DNA of 63,010 bases, counting the filler, from Folioceros fuciformis (taxonomy: Eukaryota): NCBI GenBank assembly GCA_049999805.1. It is 39 parts of 39 records of this genome, joined end to end, with 100 filler letters (N's around TTAATTAATTAA, not from the genome) between each part and the next. Parts side by side here need not be neighbours in the genome. Positions count along the whole stretch, not along the records: positions 11,136 to 12,857 come from JBNGIO010002460.1; positions 12,958 to 14,469 come from JBNGIO010002462.1; positions 14,570 to 16,046 come from JBNGIO010002464.1; positions 16,147 to 17,397 come from JBNGIO010002465.1; positions 17,498 to 18,706 come from JBNGIO010002466.1; positions 18,807 to 20,325 come from JBNGIO010002467.1; positions 20,426 to 21,479 come from JBNGIO010002468.1; positions 21,580 to 22,742 come from JBNGIO010002469.1; 31 more parts are not named here. One strand, 5' to 3'. The first letter of the stretch is position 1. Each line of letters starts with the position of its first letter. This document shows positions 12,113 to 23,960 of this stretch, in pieces. Under the pieces are notes generated by a model that made no database searches, was not told the origin of the DNA, and worked only from the letters and a program-made list of their open reading frames with translations. The translations under genes were made by a program, and so were the position numbers.

Positions 12113-14621
12113 CTTCGCGTTCGCAGTTACAGGCATAGCAGTCCAATAGCACAAACCCTTCCACAAGGGCCTTCATGCATCACTTCGCTCTCCCGTAGGG
12201 CACTCTGGAGTCTGCTGGACTTCCTCACATCGTATTCACCTGTTGAGTTGCTTAGGTCATCGAGAAAGCTTTTTACTCTGCAGTAAAAAACGCTTGAACT
12301 TTACAGGCCGGAATAAGCATGGATGTTCAAGTGCAATAGGCTCCCTGTAAAGAGAGAGATGAACTATGACATTAAGTACCGTATGCATTCAGCATAACAT
12401 CAACGTAAGGACGCTGTTCAAACTAAAAGGGACGTTGGCAACTGCATGCCTAGCAGAGGATGGCAACAAACTTTTTACTGTAATGTTTCAACAGCAAGCA
12501 TGTTGGCTCTGGAAGTAGCCTCGCTGCTTCTGGCAATCGGGGCAGTACACACGGAATATCACAGCAGTCCAGAGAAGCTCGTTTACAATGATTATCAATG
12601 ACAGAGCTCAATCTTCCGGGGAAAAGAAGTGCTTCCCGAAAGATGGCCTAAAGAAATGCTTTTGTTCACCGCATGAAAGGAATGAGGAGGTACTCTGCGT
12701 AGAAGAGCTTCCAAATGAACATGTAGAAGGAGGTTATGGAAGATTTACTTCTCAGGTCCACGGCCTTGGATCGCTGTAAGAGAGCCCCTGCCAGGACTGT
12801 GTGACCGGCGATCATGGCGATTTTACTCCACAAGACGGGAGAGGAGGCCCCTAGCAGNNNNNNNNNNNNNNNNNNNNNNNNNNNNNNNNNNNNNNNNNNN
12901 NTTAATTAATTAANNNNNNNNNNNNNNNNNNNNNNNNNNNNNNNNNNNNNNNNNNNNAGAAATGTGTGACCAAAGACTTTGCACATTTTGAAGAATGTAG
13001 TTTCTTTTACTTCTAAACCTAGTTTTTTTTTGCGTTTAGCATCAAACAAAACCTTTGGCAATCCTTTAAGATTCTTTAGAATCTTAATTAATATCTTATG
13101 TTGTATCATAAAATTAATAAAATAACCCTTATCTATCCTCTTTTTTTTTTAGTTCTATATTATTCTCCTTTTAGTCCTTGTTCACTACTTTTTAATGTAT
13201 CATAAAATTAGTACTTAACACTTTGAAAGTTAGGACATGGTATTCATGGTCTTAAACTTTCTCTCAAAGGCTCTAAAATAAACATGAATGCGCATGCACA
13301 TGTAGTAGATGAATGATTGTGTGTGAAGACAAGTCATGTATGAGTGATTACGTGAGGATGTAGGAGGATATAGAATGGAGAGATGATAAGGTAAAGTGAT
13401 TGTGGGAGAATGTAGGAGGTTTTGAAAGGAGATAATTGTGGATGTGAAGTAGACAAAGTATTATGAGCACGAAAAAATGAGCGATGTTTAGTCATAGGAT
13501 ATCTAGCAAAGGTTTGGAAGTGTTGGAATTCTTGGAGATTTAATTTGCACACCTTTCTTCTATAATCATTAGCAACCAAATTTGCTATGCCTATTATTAC
13601 CATCCAAACCTAGTTTTTGTTTTTAAAATTTATATTATTTGAATATCATACAATATATTATCAGTCTCTTCAATCCTTTGATTTAATTAAAATAATAATT
13701 TATTTTTCATATTAATTATATATTATAGAATATACAATTAATTTTAGAAGAAGAAGCAAATGAAAAAAAACTCTTGGCCCACAGAAACGTTCTCGACTCA
13801 GCAGGGCCTTCAACTAGACATCTTGGGTTGTGTTTTTTAATATTGTCGTGCACTCCATCACATTGGATTACATCGCTAAATTGTGGATGAGATTGTTGCT
13901 AATGATAGCATATGCAATCAAATCATCTTTAGGGCTATGTTAATGTGCTTTGTCTAGGATGTGAACTTTTAAATGTCTCTCAAGGCAAATACATGACAAT
14001 GCATAAGATTCATGGGATGAGGCAGGTACATGTGGCGTTCTACCACTAAAATATCTTAAAGGTCGCATATAATGCTTCTTGTTGTGAAGCCAAACTCCAG
14101 TGTTAGGAATCTACACTTCTCATCCACACTAATCCATGGTCGTTGTAGTTACAACCCAAGTCCGATTTAGCAAATCTATAGTTTGCCATGAAGGTTATAC
14201 CTTACTTAGCCCAACCTAACTCAACCTTTTTCTAAAGATATGTTTTTATCACTACTTTGCACTTTCCCTTGCCAACAACCACACACTAGCCAACATCCAT
14301 TTTAGGAACCATTGGGCCAAACAGTGTCACAATCGATTAGGTCCATTGTGGCTCTGTGTCATTTGCAAAGACACGAACAACGGTGGAAGGGAAAGGAGGA
14401 GTGGGAACGGAGAGTAGGGAGAGTGGATGGCGGGGCGGAAGGGTGTCTTCGGCACGAGAGGCAAGGGGGNNNNNNNNNNNNNNNNNNNNNNNNNNNNNNN
14501 NNNNNNNNNNNNNTTAATTAATTAANNNNNNNNNNNNNNNNNNNNNNNNNNNNNNNNNNNNNNNNNNNNTATATATATATATACTGAATAAGAGATAAAA
14601 AAGATTCTAGCAACCCCAAAG

Positions 14622-15119
14622 ATGAGGAGGAACAACCCAAAGATTCTAAGGATAGGGAATCAATTCTTTAGGGTTTTGAAAGTGGTATCAAACAAACCAA
14701 TTCATGGTAGTATGGTCATAATACCGGACTACATGTTATATGCTTTGAATCAAGTTATGTCACTTGAAATGAGCGATTATTTTGTTTCAAATGGATGTAC
14801 ATTTGGTCTCAGTAGAGATTACAACTTACTTCTTACAAAAGGATAAGACCCACAAATGGAGGTATAGAAATTGAATCCAAGTGTTTTCATGACCAAAGGG
14901 TCAAATGATGGGTGCAAAGTCACCTTGGGTAGCGATGGAAACTTCGTTATCTAGACTAAAACAGTCCCTATAGGTTGGGAATCTAGTAGTGCAAGTGAAC
15001 GGAAAAATGTGTTGTATTAAGCTATGTTGGATGCTAGTGACCTAAATCATGTTTACGCAAAAATCATTGCTATAGATTATTTAACATCAAATATCACAAT
15101 CATATGGTTTGCATCTTAA
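14622..15119 (+). pseudogene. Bulb-type (GNA-like) lectin pseudogene
   Basis: One frame reads ...FGLSRDYNLLLTKG*DPQMEV*K...CKVTLGSDGNFVI*T...GWESSSA...Y*AML. It is collinear with the neighbouring lectin and has four internal stops. Confidence 0.7.
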
Positions 15120-15505
15120 CATGTAGAATAAATGAATCATATCGTAGCTAATTTTCTCACATTGAGTTATTCTTAAACAGGCTATTTGTGAACAGATAGT
15201 GTTTTGTGAGCTTTAGCCTTCGAAAGTCAATGATTCAGAGCCACAAATCAAAGTAAAACAAAAGTCAAACAACAAACAACAAAGTCAAACAACAATCACT
15301 TTGCTATCGTTGACTTTAGAGCTGCTATGTGGTGAACCTTTAGAGCTACTATGTAGTGAACCTAAGATATGTCCATCGAATGTTAGGCTACGTAATTAAA
15401 TATATATATATATATATATATAAAATTTATTATTACGATCAATTCCAATAATAAATCAAGATTTACCCATTGGACGAATATTTGAATCTAGCTTATCAAC
15501 ACAAC

Positions 15506-15961
15506 TTAATTATAAATCTTCACAGGTTGAGACCAAACTTGAAATGTGAGTTTGTCAGTATCTGTTGTGGCGTAAATAACAATCCTTGCAACATCCTCTT
15601 CCAATTGAAGCTTATATGTAAGATTGTTTGAGGTACCAGCACTATTTGATCCCCAAACATATGAGTTGTATAAACTAAAAATAATTAATTCTCCGTTGTA
15701 ATTCATGAACAATGAGCAATATACTCCTTGGTTTGATGTGTAAGTAGCCCAGATCGCTGAAGCTACCCCATCTTTTGTTAGCATTAAGTTGCAATCGGTA
15801 CCCATTGTCAATCGATAAGGCCCACGTTTAAGGTAGTCTCCAGGCTGTAAATGCTCGCCCTCATCCAAATGGTCTGAGACTTGATTCAAGCTGAATGCTA
15901 ATTCAATCGTAACCCATATTGCACAAAGGAGAACTAAGGTTGATTGTTGCAAATTCGCCAT
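15506..15961 (-). CDS. Secreted single-domain bulb-type (GNA-like) lectin
   Basis: Signal peptide, then LQPGDYL...YRLTMGTDCNLML...IWATYT...CSLFMNYNGELII...VWGSNS...YKLQL...VW. Intronless, 151 aa. Confidence 0.85.
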   Translation of the reverse strand: MANLQQSTLVLLCAIWVTIELAFSLNQVSDHLDEGEHLQPGDYLKRGPYRLTMGTDCNLMLTKDGVASAIWATYTSNQGVYCSLFMNYNGELIIFSLYNSYVWGSNSAGTSNNLTYKLQLEEDVARIVIYATTDTDKLTFQVWSQPVKIYN

Positions 15962-17497
15962 GGTAGGAACGTAGAGACATATTTTGTTCGTGTTTTGTTT
16001 TGTTTTGTTTTGTATAACGAAAATTAAACTGTCATTAGATTGGTAANNNNNNNNNNNNNNNNNNNNNNNNNNNNNNNNNNNNNNNNNNNNTTAATTAATT
16101 AANNNNNNNNNNNNNNNNNNNNNNNNNNNNNNNNNNNNNNNNNNNNTCAACAACTGTAAAGGCCCTCATCTCCATCCAAGCCCTCCCTATTTCTGTCCTG
16201 GCCAGCCACTCCCAACAAAGGCGAAGAGCAGGCACAACACTCGCGCGCGCAGCACATGACATACAGGTGGCCACGTACCCTCGAGCTCAGGTGATAGGCC
16301 TGACTGGTGCATCCGCCAGTTTCCCCCGGTTACTGGGCGTGTGAAAGTGTGGGCGTTGTGACGACGTAAAGCACCGAGCCCCGAAAGGAGCGTGTACGTG
16401 GACCATCCCACACCCCATCATTAAAATACCATATCTCCTGGCGTCAGGGTGCGATTTGCCTGCCAGTGTCTGCACATTCCAGTCTGCCATCTCGCTTCTT
16501 GTGTACGAGACTGAACTTACAATCGGACGCAGCCACGAGTTTCAGCACGCCGTGGTCTGCTCCTGTACTGTACTTGCCCCAGCCTTAGCTTTGTCACTCA
16601 TCATTCCCACCGGTCCCCCCTCCACGTACACCAGCAACCCATGTTTTTTCCCCTACCGAAATTGTACACCAGCAACCCCCATCTCCCTCTTCCTGGATAC
16701 GTGCAGATCCTCCGGAGACGCGTTCCGTGGACGCTACCATACAATCGCAAAGCCGCAACAGATGGCATGATGCTCCCGTTTCCCTGCCGACACCAGCCGG
16801 GTCTCCGTAACGTGCCCGGAAATAAAAACGCCAGCCCGATACAGCATCCGGTACTTCATTTTCCTGTCCCTCCATTGCACCGTCCTCCGCCATGCCCGGC
16901 AAGCTAGGATCCCTCCGATCTCTCTCCTGCACAGGCCTGCCCTAATTGAAAGACGGGAAGCCCTAACCCGGGCCCACCGCGGGAGTATATTTGGGGCGCA
17001 CTCAGCGCATGCGACGACCGGCTGGTAGTTGTGCAGCCCGGTCGGCGTCTTCCGGTCGCCCAGTCAAGCCCGAGTCTCCAGAAAGATTGAGAGGGCTGGT
17101 AATTCCGTTGCCCCGTCGGGCCGGTTACCTAACACGGGACCGGCTTGCAGTCACCCGACCCGGGGCTGAATTAGCGACGTGGGCGGGCGGATTCAGAATC
17201 GGAATCGGATAGGCCGACGGGCCAGCGACGGCGTTCAATGCCGTGGGCCCGTTCTCGACTCCTGCCTTCCTCGTCCCGGGCGCGGGGCATGGCTGCCGGT
17301 GCCTTGGGCCGGCCTCCGGAGCCGCATTGACGACCCAGGCGCTCGGGACTGGAGCGTGGAGCATGGAAGTTGGCTCTCGCGTCGCGACCGCGACCTCNNN
17401 NNNNNNNNNNNNNNNNNNNNNNNNNNNNNNNNNNNNNNNNNTTAATTAATTAANNNNNNNNNNNNNNNNNNNNNNNNNNNNNNNNNNNNNNNNNNNN

Positions 17498-17625
17498 GCT
17501 GGGGTGGAGTGGAGCGGAGCGGAGCGGAGTGCGATGGGGTGAGGTGGTCTGGGCTGGGCTGGCCTGGCCTGGGCTGGCCTGGCCTGGCCTGGCATGGTCC
17601 TGCCTGGCCTGGCTTGGACTGGAGA
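17498..17625. repeat. Compound pentanucleotide microsatellite (GGAGT/GGAGC, GGCTG/GCCTG)
   Basis: Directly visible. Confidence 0.9.
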
Positions 17626-18067
17626 GGTCACTGGTTGCTAGGCCGGTTGGTGGCAGTAGGAGCCTGCTGCGTCTCTGCTGTGTCTGTCTCCGCCTCTGCC
17701 TCTGCGTCTGCTGCCTCTGCCTCTGCGCCTGCGCTTGCCTCTTGCAGCGAATGTTATGTTTTAGGTTGCAGGAGCAGCTGGGACCAGGGCCAATGAGAGC
17801 GCAGAAGCTCCACCCCTAGGACGAGCCTGTCTCCGCCTACTACCCCCACGTACTACATACACAGACAGACACACCCGTATCTACCTGCCCGACCACACAC
17901 ACACACACACACGCAAGACATCACAGGTCAGGCCCAGGCAGGCCAGGGCTGCGATGCTCTACGCATGCACAGGATAAACGGACGTCCCCAATTCGCTGCT
18001 CCTCCTTGCCTCTTAGGCTCTTGCCCATACATACTGTAGTAGGCTAGGTGGTGAGTGGCGGCGTCCC

Positions 18068-18230
18068 GGAGAGGAGAGGAGAGGAGAGGTGAGGAGAGGA
18101 GAGGAGAGGTGAGGAGAGGAGAGGAGAGGAGAGGAGAGGAGAGGAGAGGAGAGGTGAGGAGAGGAGAGGTGAGGAGAGGAGGGGAGAGGCGAGCAGAGGA
18201 GTGGAGTGGAGCGGAGTGGAGTGCAGTGGC
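18068..18230. repeat. (AGAGG)n/(TGAGG)n microsatellite grading into (AGTGG)n
   Basis: Directly visible. Confidence 0.95.
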
Positions 18231-18835
18231 GTGGGAGCAATCTGCGAGAGTCACACCGCCTCCGCCAAGGCCATGAATTGGAGCATTAAAGGCAGGATAA
18301 TCATCACTAATGGCACCGCCACATAGTATAAGATGGGATGGTGGTGGCGGGATGATGGTTGCCTCATCCGACACGCTCTTTTATGTAACCAACCACCTTT
18401 GTGCCTGTGCGCCTGCCTGTGCGTCTGCCTCTGGGCCTGCCATTCCTTCCCTCGTTTCTTGCTCCTGCAGCTGTTGGTGTTGGTGTTTCTGGTGGTACCA
18501 GCTCAGTACGTATGTATGTGTGTGGTTGGGCCAGTGTTACAGCATGATCATGATTCCGTGGTTCCAATGTTGGGAGGGTCCGTTGGCAGGCCCTCCTTCC
18601 CTCCCCTCCATGGCCCATGAGCCTCTAGAGTGCCCCTGGCTGGTCTGGTGGAGAGCAGCGCAGCTCAGGTTGTAGGTTGTACTGAAAACTAGAGGAGAGG
18701 CGGTGGNNNNNNNNNNNNNNNNNNNNNNNNNNNNNNNNNNNNNNNNNNNNTTAATTAATTAANNNNNNNNNNNNNNNNNNNNNNNNNNNNNNNNNNNNNN
18801 NNNNNNTAACAACGACCTAATGGGGAGTAGAAAAT

Positions 18836-20325
18836 TTATGATGCACTTAAACTTGCAAATCGACTCTTTTGATTTGTTTGTCTTGAGCTTGGCAAAAGAT
18901 TTGTCTCATTAATCTCTGATCTTGGTGACTCGGGTGCGTTTGGTGATCCATTTTGAATTGTGATGTGTCTTCTAGCATCTTCATTTGGGGAACTTTGAGT
19001 TCGAGCTTGCCCTACCAAGCTCGAGTTATGAATGTGCAAAGCATGTCCAATAGTTTCCATGGATGGTTTAACCTCTTTGTCAATTATATTATCAATTCTT
19101 TTCTGCATTTGGTTGATGTTTTGTTGAACTCTTTGCATTCTTTGCTGCACCACTTCATCTGGGTGGATACCATGTTGAGTAGCTAATTCTTTGCCTATGT
19201 AGGCAAGTATTGCACATGTGGACCCTGTAGGATGGAGTCCAGAAACATAAAATAAGGTATCAAAATTTATGAAAAATAAACAGAGGCTCATCGTTCTCAA
19301 GAGGACAAGAACAAGAACTTACATATGAGAGCGATGCCATGAGCCCGTTCCGATGACAGAAATATCATGGCAATACATAATGCGATTGGAATTGATGCTA
19401 AAGCTGTTGAACACTAACATGGTTAATGGGTATTACTTATTTGACAAAACTTCAAATTTTTGGCAAGTTTGCATGAAACACATGTACCTGTAATCTGCCA
19501 AGTTTCCAATGGAATCTTGTATGCCCTGAAAGCATCCGGCTCAGTAACTCTCAGTTGTATGAGGGCACCGAACTTCAGCATAGTTGATAAAGCATAAAAT
19601 AACATATCGGCCTTACATATGAATAAGTCTTAGATGATATTATAACAGAGCTTCAAATCAAAAGATTATCACCCAGTTATGGTAGTACCTCAGAAAGTGA
19701 GTATGAACTGAAACCGCTCAAGAAAAGGGTAATCACAGATGTTAATGTGATGGCTGTCCATGGTGTTCCATACTTAGGATGAATTTTAGTAAACACAGGA
19801 GGTAACTGTGAATACCAAACATGCATTAGCAAAGATAATGGAAGCCATTTATGGTACCTACAATGTCATACAATAAGTACAAATTAGTAGGTCAATATTC
19901 AACATAAATTTAAAGTGATAATTAAAAAACTAATGATAAAGTGATGATAACCTTACTTGATCCACCAATGCCATGCCATAGATAATTCTTGAGTTGGTAC
20001 AAAGTCTGGTGAGCAGAAGTCCCAAAGCGCTTAGAGTTGCTGAGATTCCTATTAAAACCTTGTTAGCATGAAGTACATAATTAGGTTTCGGGTTGAAAGA
20101 GGATAACGGATTCTGAGAGAAAAAACATGCTCCTCATCCATTCCCCAAGTCCTGGGATCGTAGGAAGAACAAAGACGTACTTTGAGGAATTGACCTCCAA
20201 TCTTTCTGGCTGCAAGGATATAAGTTCCTTTTGTCCATTGCTGATAGTTGGGAATCACGCTAGCTCCTATGAAGGACGGGAGACAGTAAACTCCAAGAAT
20301 AAGACCCACACTCACACCCAGAGCT
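18836..20325 (-). CDS. APC-superfamily amino-acid/polyamine transporter (PUT/LAT-like), last six exons
   Basis: Exons 20325-20181, 20058-19957, 19805-19689, 19611-19488, 19403-19323 and 19224-18836 splice in frame (GT-AG). Motifs: NSRIIYGMA, LPPVFTKIHPKYGTPWTAI, KFGALIQLRVTEPDAFRAYKIP. Confidence 0.85.
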
Positions 20326-20434
20326 NNNNNNNNNNNNNNNNNNNNNNNNNNNNNNNNNNNNNNNNNNNNTTAATTAATTAANNNNNNNNNNNNNNNNNNN
20401 NNNNNNNNNNNNNNNNNNNNNNNNNTCATCTCAG

Positions 20435-20962
20435 ATTGTCTATCAGAAGCCAAGCATTTTGAACATTGAAAATAAAGAAAGAAATGATGAAAATGAGCTT
20501 ATAATCTCAAAACCAAGTCAAGTTTGGAGCACTCTTGCAGAGCTGACTACACAAAAGCTAATAATAGGAATTCTTGTTCTCATTATTATAACTCCTTTTT
20601 TAAGCAAGTGTGACAAAGACTTAGCACCGGTGATGTCCCTTAATACTTTTGAAGATGTTCAATTGAACACTCAAGAATTTGAATCAATTTTGCAATATGC
20701 CATTAAGTTTTATAACATGCATAATTACAAGATTCTTTACCTTGGAATAAAACCATCTTGTGATCTACTTGGTAATTTTTGCTCTTATTATAATACAACA
20801 TATGTTCAAGTTATTCCTAATTCTACAATCGAAAATAAAGGAAAAAAAGAGATTGAAAAGAAGTATCGACAAGTAGAGTTACTAAGTGCTAGCAGTGATG
20901 ATGGACGAAGTGAAGCATATTTTACGATAAAAAAATCAAGTGTTAAAAAATATAGCATGAAT
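20435..20962 (+). CDS. Internal exon resembling the S5/pore-loop region of ion-channel-adenylyl-cyclase fusion proteins (ciliate/Plasmodium ACalpha type; possibly CAPE)
   Basis: 528-nt phase-0 exon (CAG|ATT...AAT|GTAAGT). SQVWSTLAELTTQKLIIGILVLIIITPFL and KYRQVELLSASSDDGRSEAYF resemble the remembered S.VG..L.ELTT..VII.VL and LR..E.....A.FD motifs of that family. Confidence 0.55.
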
Positions 20963-23542
20963 GTAAGTTTAGTGAAGAGAAATCTACATAAACACTATAC
21001 TAGCTTATTGCTTCTTATTGATGAAAGAGAAAGATAAAATTGGAGTTGCGTTTTTGCTCCATAAAATGCTGGCTGTTTGAGATAATTGTTTGAGTGAGCA
21101 CTTCGTTTGGTACTAGATCCCGATAGGATCAGGTCTACGGCTCATCTAATCTCTCAATAGAATCTATTTGAAGGCATAATCATTTTGAATACTTGTGAAG
21201 GTCTCGTGTGAACCTCCAAAGTTTGGGGTAGTAGTTTGTTTTGATTGAAAAAGGGTTGATAGTGGTATAGTTTCGTTTTCTTTTTCTACTTGTTTTCCCT
21301 AATTTTCCTTTATTTTCTGGTCATTTTTCCTATTTTTATTTTTACTAATTAGGTTAATTGACCAAGAAATAGTTGGTTTGGTTATTAGAGTGGGTATAGG
21401 TTTGGTCCCAGACCTGGGAAAGTTTAGGTCCAGTACCGGGCCATAGGGTCGGGAAAGTTTGAATCTAGGTTTGGGGATTNNNNNNNNNNNNNNNNNNNNN
21501 NNNNNNNNNNNNNNNNNNNNNNNTTAATTAATTAANNNNNNNNNNNNNNNNNNNNNNNNNNNNNNNNNNNNNNNNNNNNTCCTACACCCGAAGAACCTTC
21601 ATCATCGGCAAATGAACCTACATCACCGGCAAATGAATATGACCATGTTGCCATTGACATTAAGGAATAGGTTCACATCATGCTAGAATTGTAGATAAAT
21701 TCTTTGAGATGGAAAAAGTTGATTATTAAGAAAGCTATATATGTCTTTATGTATTTATTCATTTGAAATACATGATTTCAATTATTTTTGGAGGAAGTTA
21801 GAGATGGATCGAGGGACAATGCAACTCAAAATATTTTAAGAAACCTTTTGAAATTTTTGTGTACATGTAGGTTTAGGATTTAGGGTTATGTAGTGTAACA
21901 AAAATTTAAGATAGGGCTTTGTTTGTAAACTTGTTTCTTTGTATGCTATGTTTTCTTTATAAACTTTTCTAAGAACTATAAGGATTTTAAAAAAATTTAT
22001 ACTTGTTGTTTGTATGCAATGTAACAAGTTGTGCGCCTCATGGTCGCATTCCGCTAAATTGGGCTTCGGGTCATTTTCTACGTTATTTTTCGTGCCAAAT
22101 ATCTAGGATTCATGCTATTTGGTGTGGATTACCCCCTAATATACGGAACAACGGTCACAACGAACTTTGTATTCATCATGTTTACCTAGAAACTAGGCGA
22201 AATTGCAAGTTGCCAACCGTAACAGTTCCACGGTTGGTCTGACACTATCGACTGTATATAGACGGAACGATAATTTTCGAAATCGGAATTACTAGAAGTT
22301 GAAAAATGTTAAGGGTTTTTCAATATCCTAAACCCATTTACGCATAGACGGAAGGAAAGCGCCGGTTTACCGGCGCACTCCTTGCTTCAGTGCGTGGTAG
22401 ACCGGTGGACTCCTTCAGGAAGTGCACTGAGTAGCTGGTGAACACCCAGATCGGGTATTGGGAAAGTACAACACAACTATTCAAAATGGTTTAGAGTTAC
22501 GCTGGCGCACACATAGGCCAAGTTCGCCGCTTTATATGAGCACCCCCACCAGGGTACTTATGAATAGCCAACCACAACTCTCTGCAAACAGTGTTCATAT
22601 ATATGAAGTGTGATATATATGAAAGTACTTAACCAATATAGTCTAAGTTTCTGCAAGTTGGTCGTCGATTTCATCTAGACGATTTTCTTGATCCCGCTTA
22701 AGCACATACAAGTTCTTTCTAATAAGGTTTCGAGTGCGAGCGNNNNNNNNNNNNNNNNNNNNNNNNNNNNNNNNNNNNNNNNNNNNTTAATTAATTAANN
22801 NNNNNNNNNNNNNNNNNNNNNNNNNNNNNNNNNNNNNNNNNNGCAGAATGTTCGCAGTGCCGTGCTGCGGCTGCATGTGTGCTGGCCTTTCGGTGCAGAG
22901 AATGTTGCTTCTTGGAGAACTGGCTGAACCAGGGGCAGGAGGTTTGCGAGCCTCGCATTTCGTGCTGAGGAAGGCTAGGGGATGGATAGTGAAGGCGATG
23001 TTTCTATCAGGAGAGGCTCCTGCTTCAGCGTCCTGTGCAAGCAGCTCAGAACGAGCAGCAGAAGCTGACTCAAGGAAGGAAGGAAGGACCCCGGTCGGAT
23101 GCACCATTACGCACGAGAGACTTCGTAAGATGAGTCGATTAGGTCTGAGCGAGGCTGCAGCGAATGCGTCTGGATTACGGCCACTGAAATGCACAATACT
23201 GGCGCGGGGGATTTGCTGTGCCGGTCGCCGATGAGAGTCAGAGGACGAGCGTTTGGCGCTCCATTTCCTGGCTTGGATATGATTTTTAAGCGAATTCCTT
23301 CTTCCCTGTTGCGGGAGTGTTCTGTTCACGCGGGCATCAACTTGTGCCTAATCTACCTACTTGCCCGCACACATAGGTAAGGATGACACGCACAAATCGA
23401 GAAATGGCGAGAAATGGTTCCATTGTTTGCATCGTGGAGTTCGATTCTAGCAAGTTTGAATTTATTATTTATTTGAATTTATTATTTATTTTTCGTTGAA
23501 GTACGAGGAATCAACAAAGGTTGTACTCTTTTGTATTCTTTC

Positions 23543-23714
23543 GTTACCCGATGGTTCCCTTGTACTCTATTGTTACCCGATGGTTCCCTTGTACTTTATT
23601 GTTACCCGATGGTTCCCTTGTACTCTATTGTTACCCTATGGTTCCCTTTCGTTACCCGATGGTTCCCTTGTACTCTTTCGTTACCCTATGGTTCCCTTGC
23701 ACTCTTTCGTTACC
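23543..23714. repeat. 29-bp minisatellite GTTACCCGATGGTTCCCTTGTACTCTATT (~6 units)
   Basis: GTTACC at 23543, 23572, 23601, 23630, 23651, 23680 and 23709. No spacers between units. Confidence 0.95.
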
Positions 23715-23960
23715 TGAGTGTATTAGGTTATTGGGCTTCTATTTGGATTCCAAGTTAACTTGGAACACGCATGTTCATCAGGTTTTGGCTTCCGCAATGT
23801 GCACTTTGTCAGCTATAATCTCTCTTGGGAATTCAGTTTGGGCCTCGATGCCAAGCTTCTTCGACAATCATACATCAGTGTTGTCCAGCCCAAGCTCAAT
23901 TACGACAACAATTTCTGGTTCAACGGAGGTCGTACACACATTCAACACCTCCAACGGGTC
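23713..23960 (+). mobile_element. Non-LTR retrotransposon RT C-terminal fragment, Tad1/I-group-like, frameshifted
   Basis: IRLLGFYLDSKLTWNTHV...IISLGNSVW/GLDAKLLRQSYISVVQPKLNY...W, with a 1-nt frameshift near 23841. Confidence 0.75.

Noticed and set aside
22359-22378. GCGCCGGT-TT-ACCGGCGC hairpin as a Helitron 3' end
   Set aside because: No CTRR terminus at the expected distance downstream.
23543-23714. 29-bp repeat as a CRISPR array
   Set aside because: Units are head-to-tail with no unique spacers and no cas genes. The same applies to the 29-mer at 56603.
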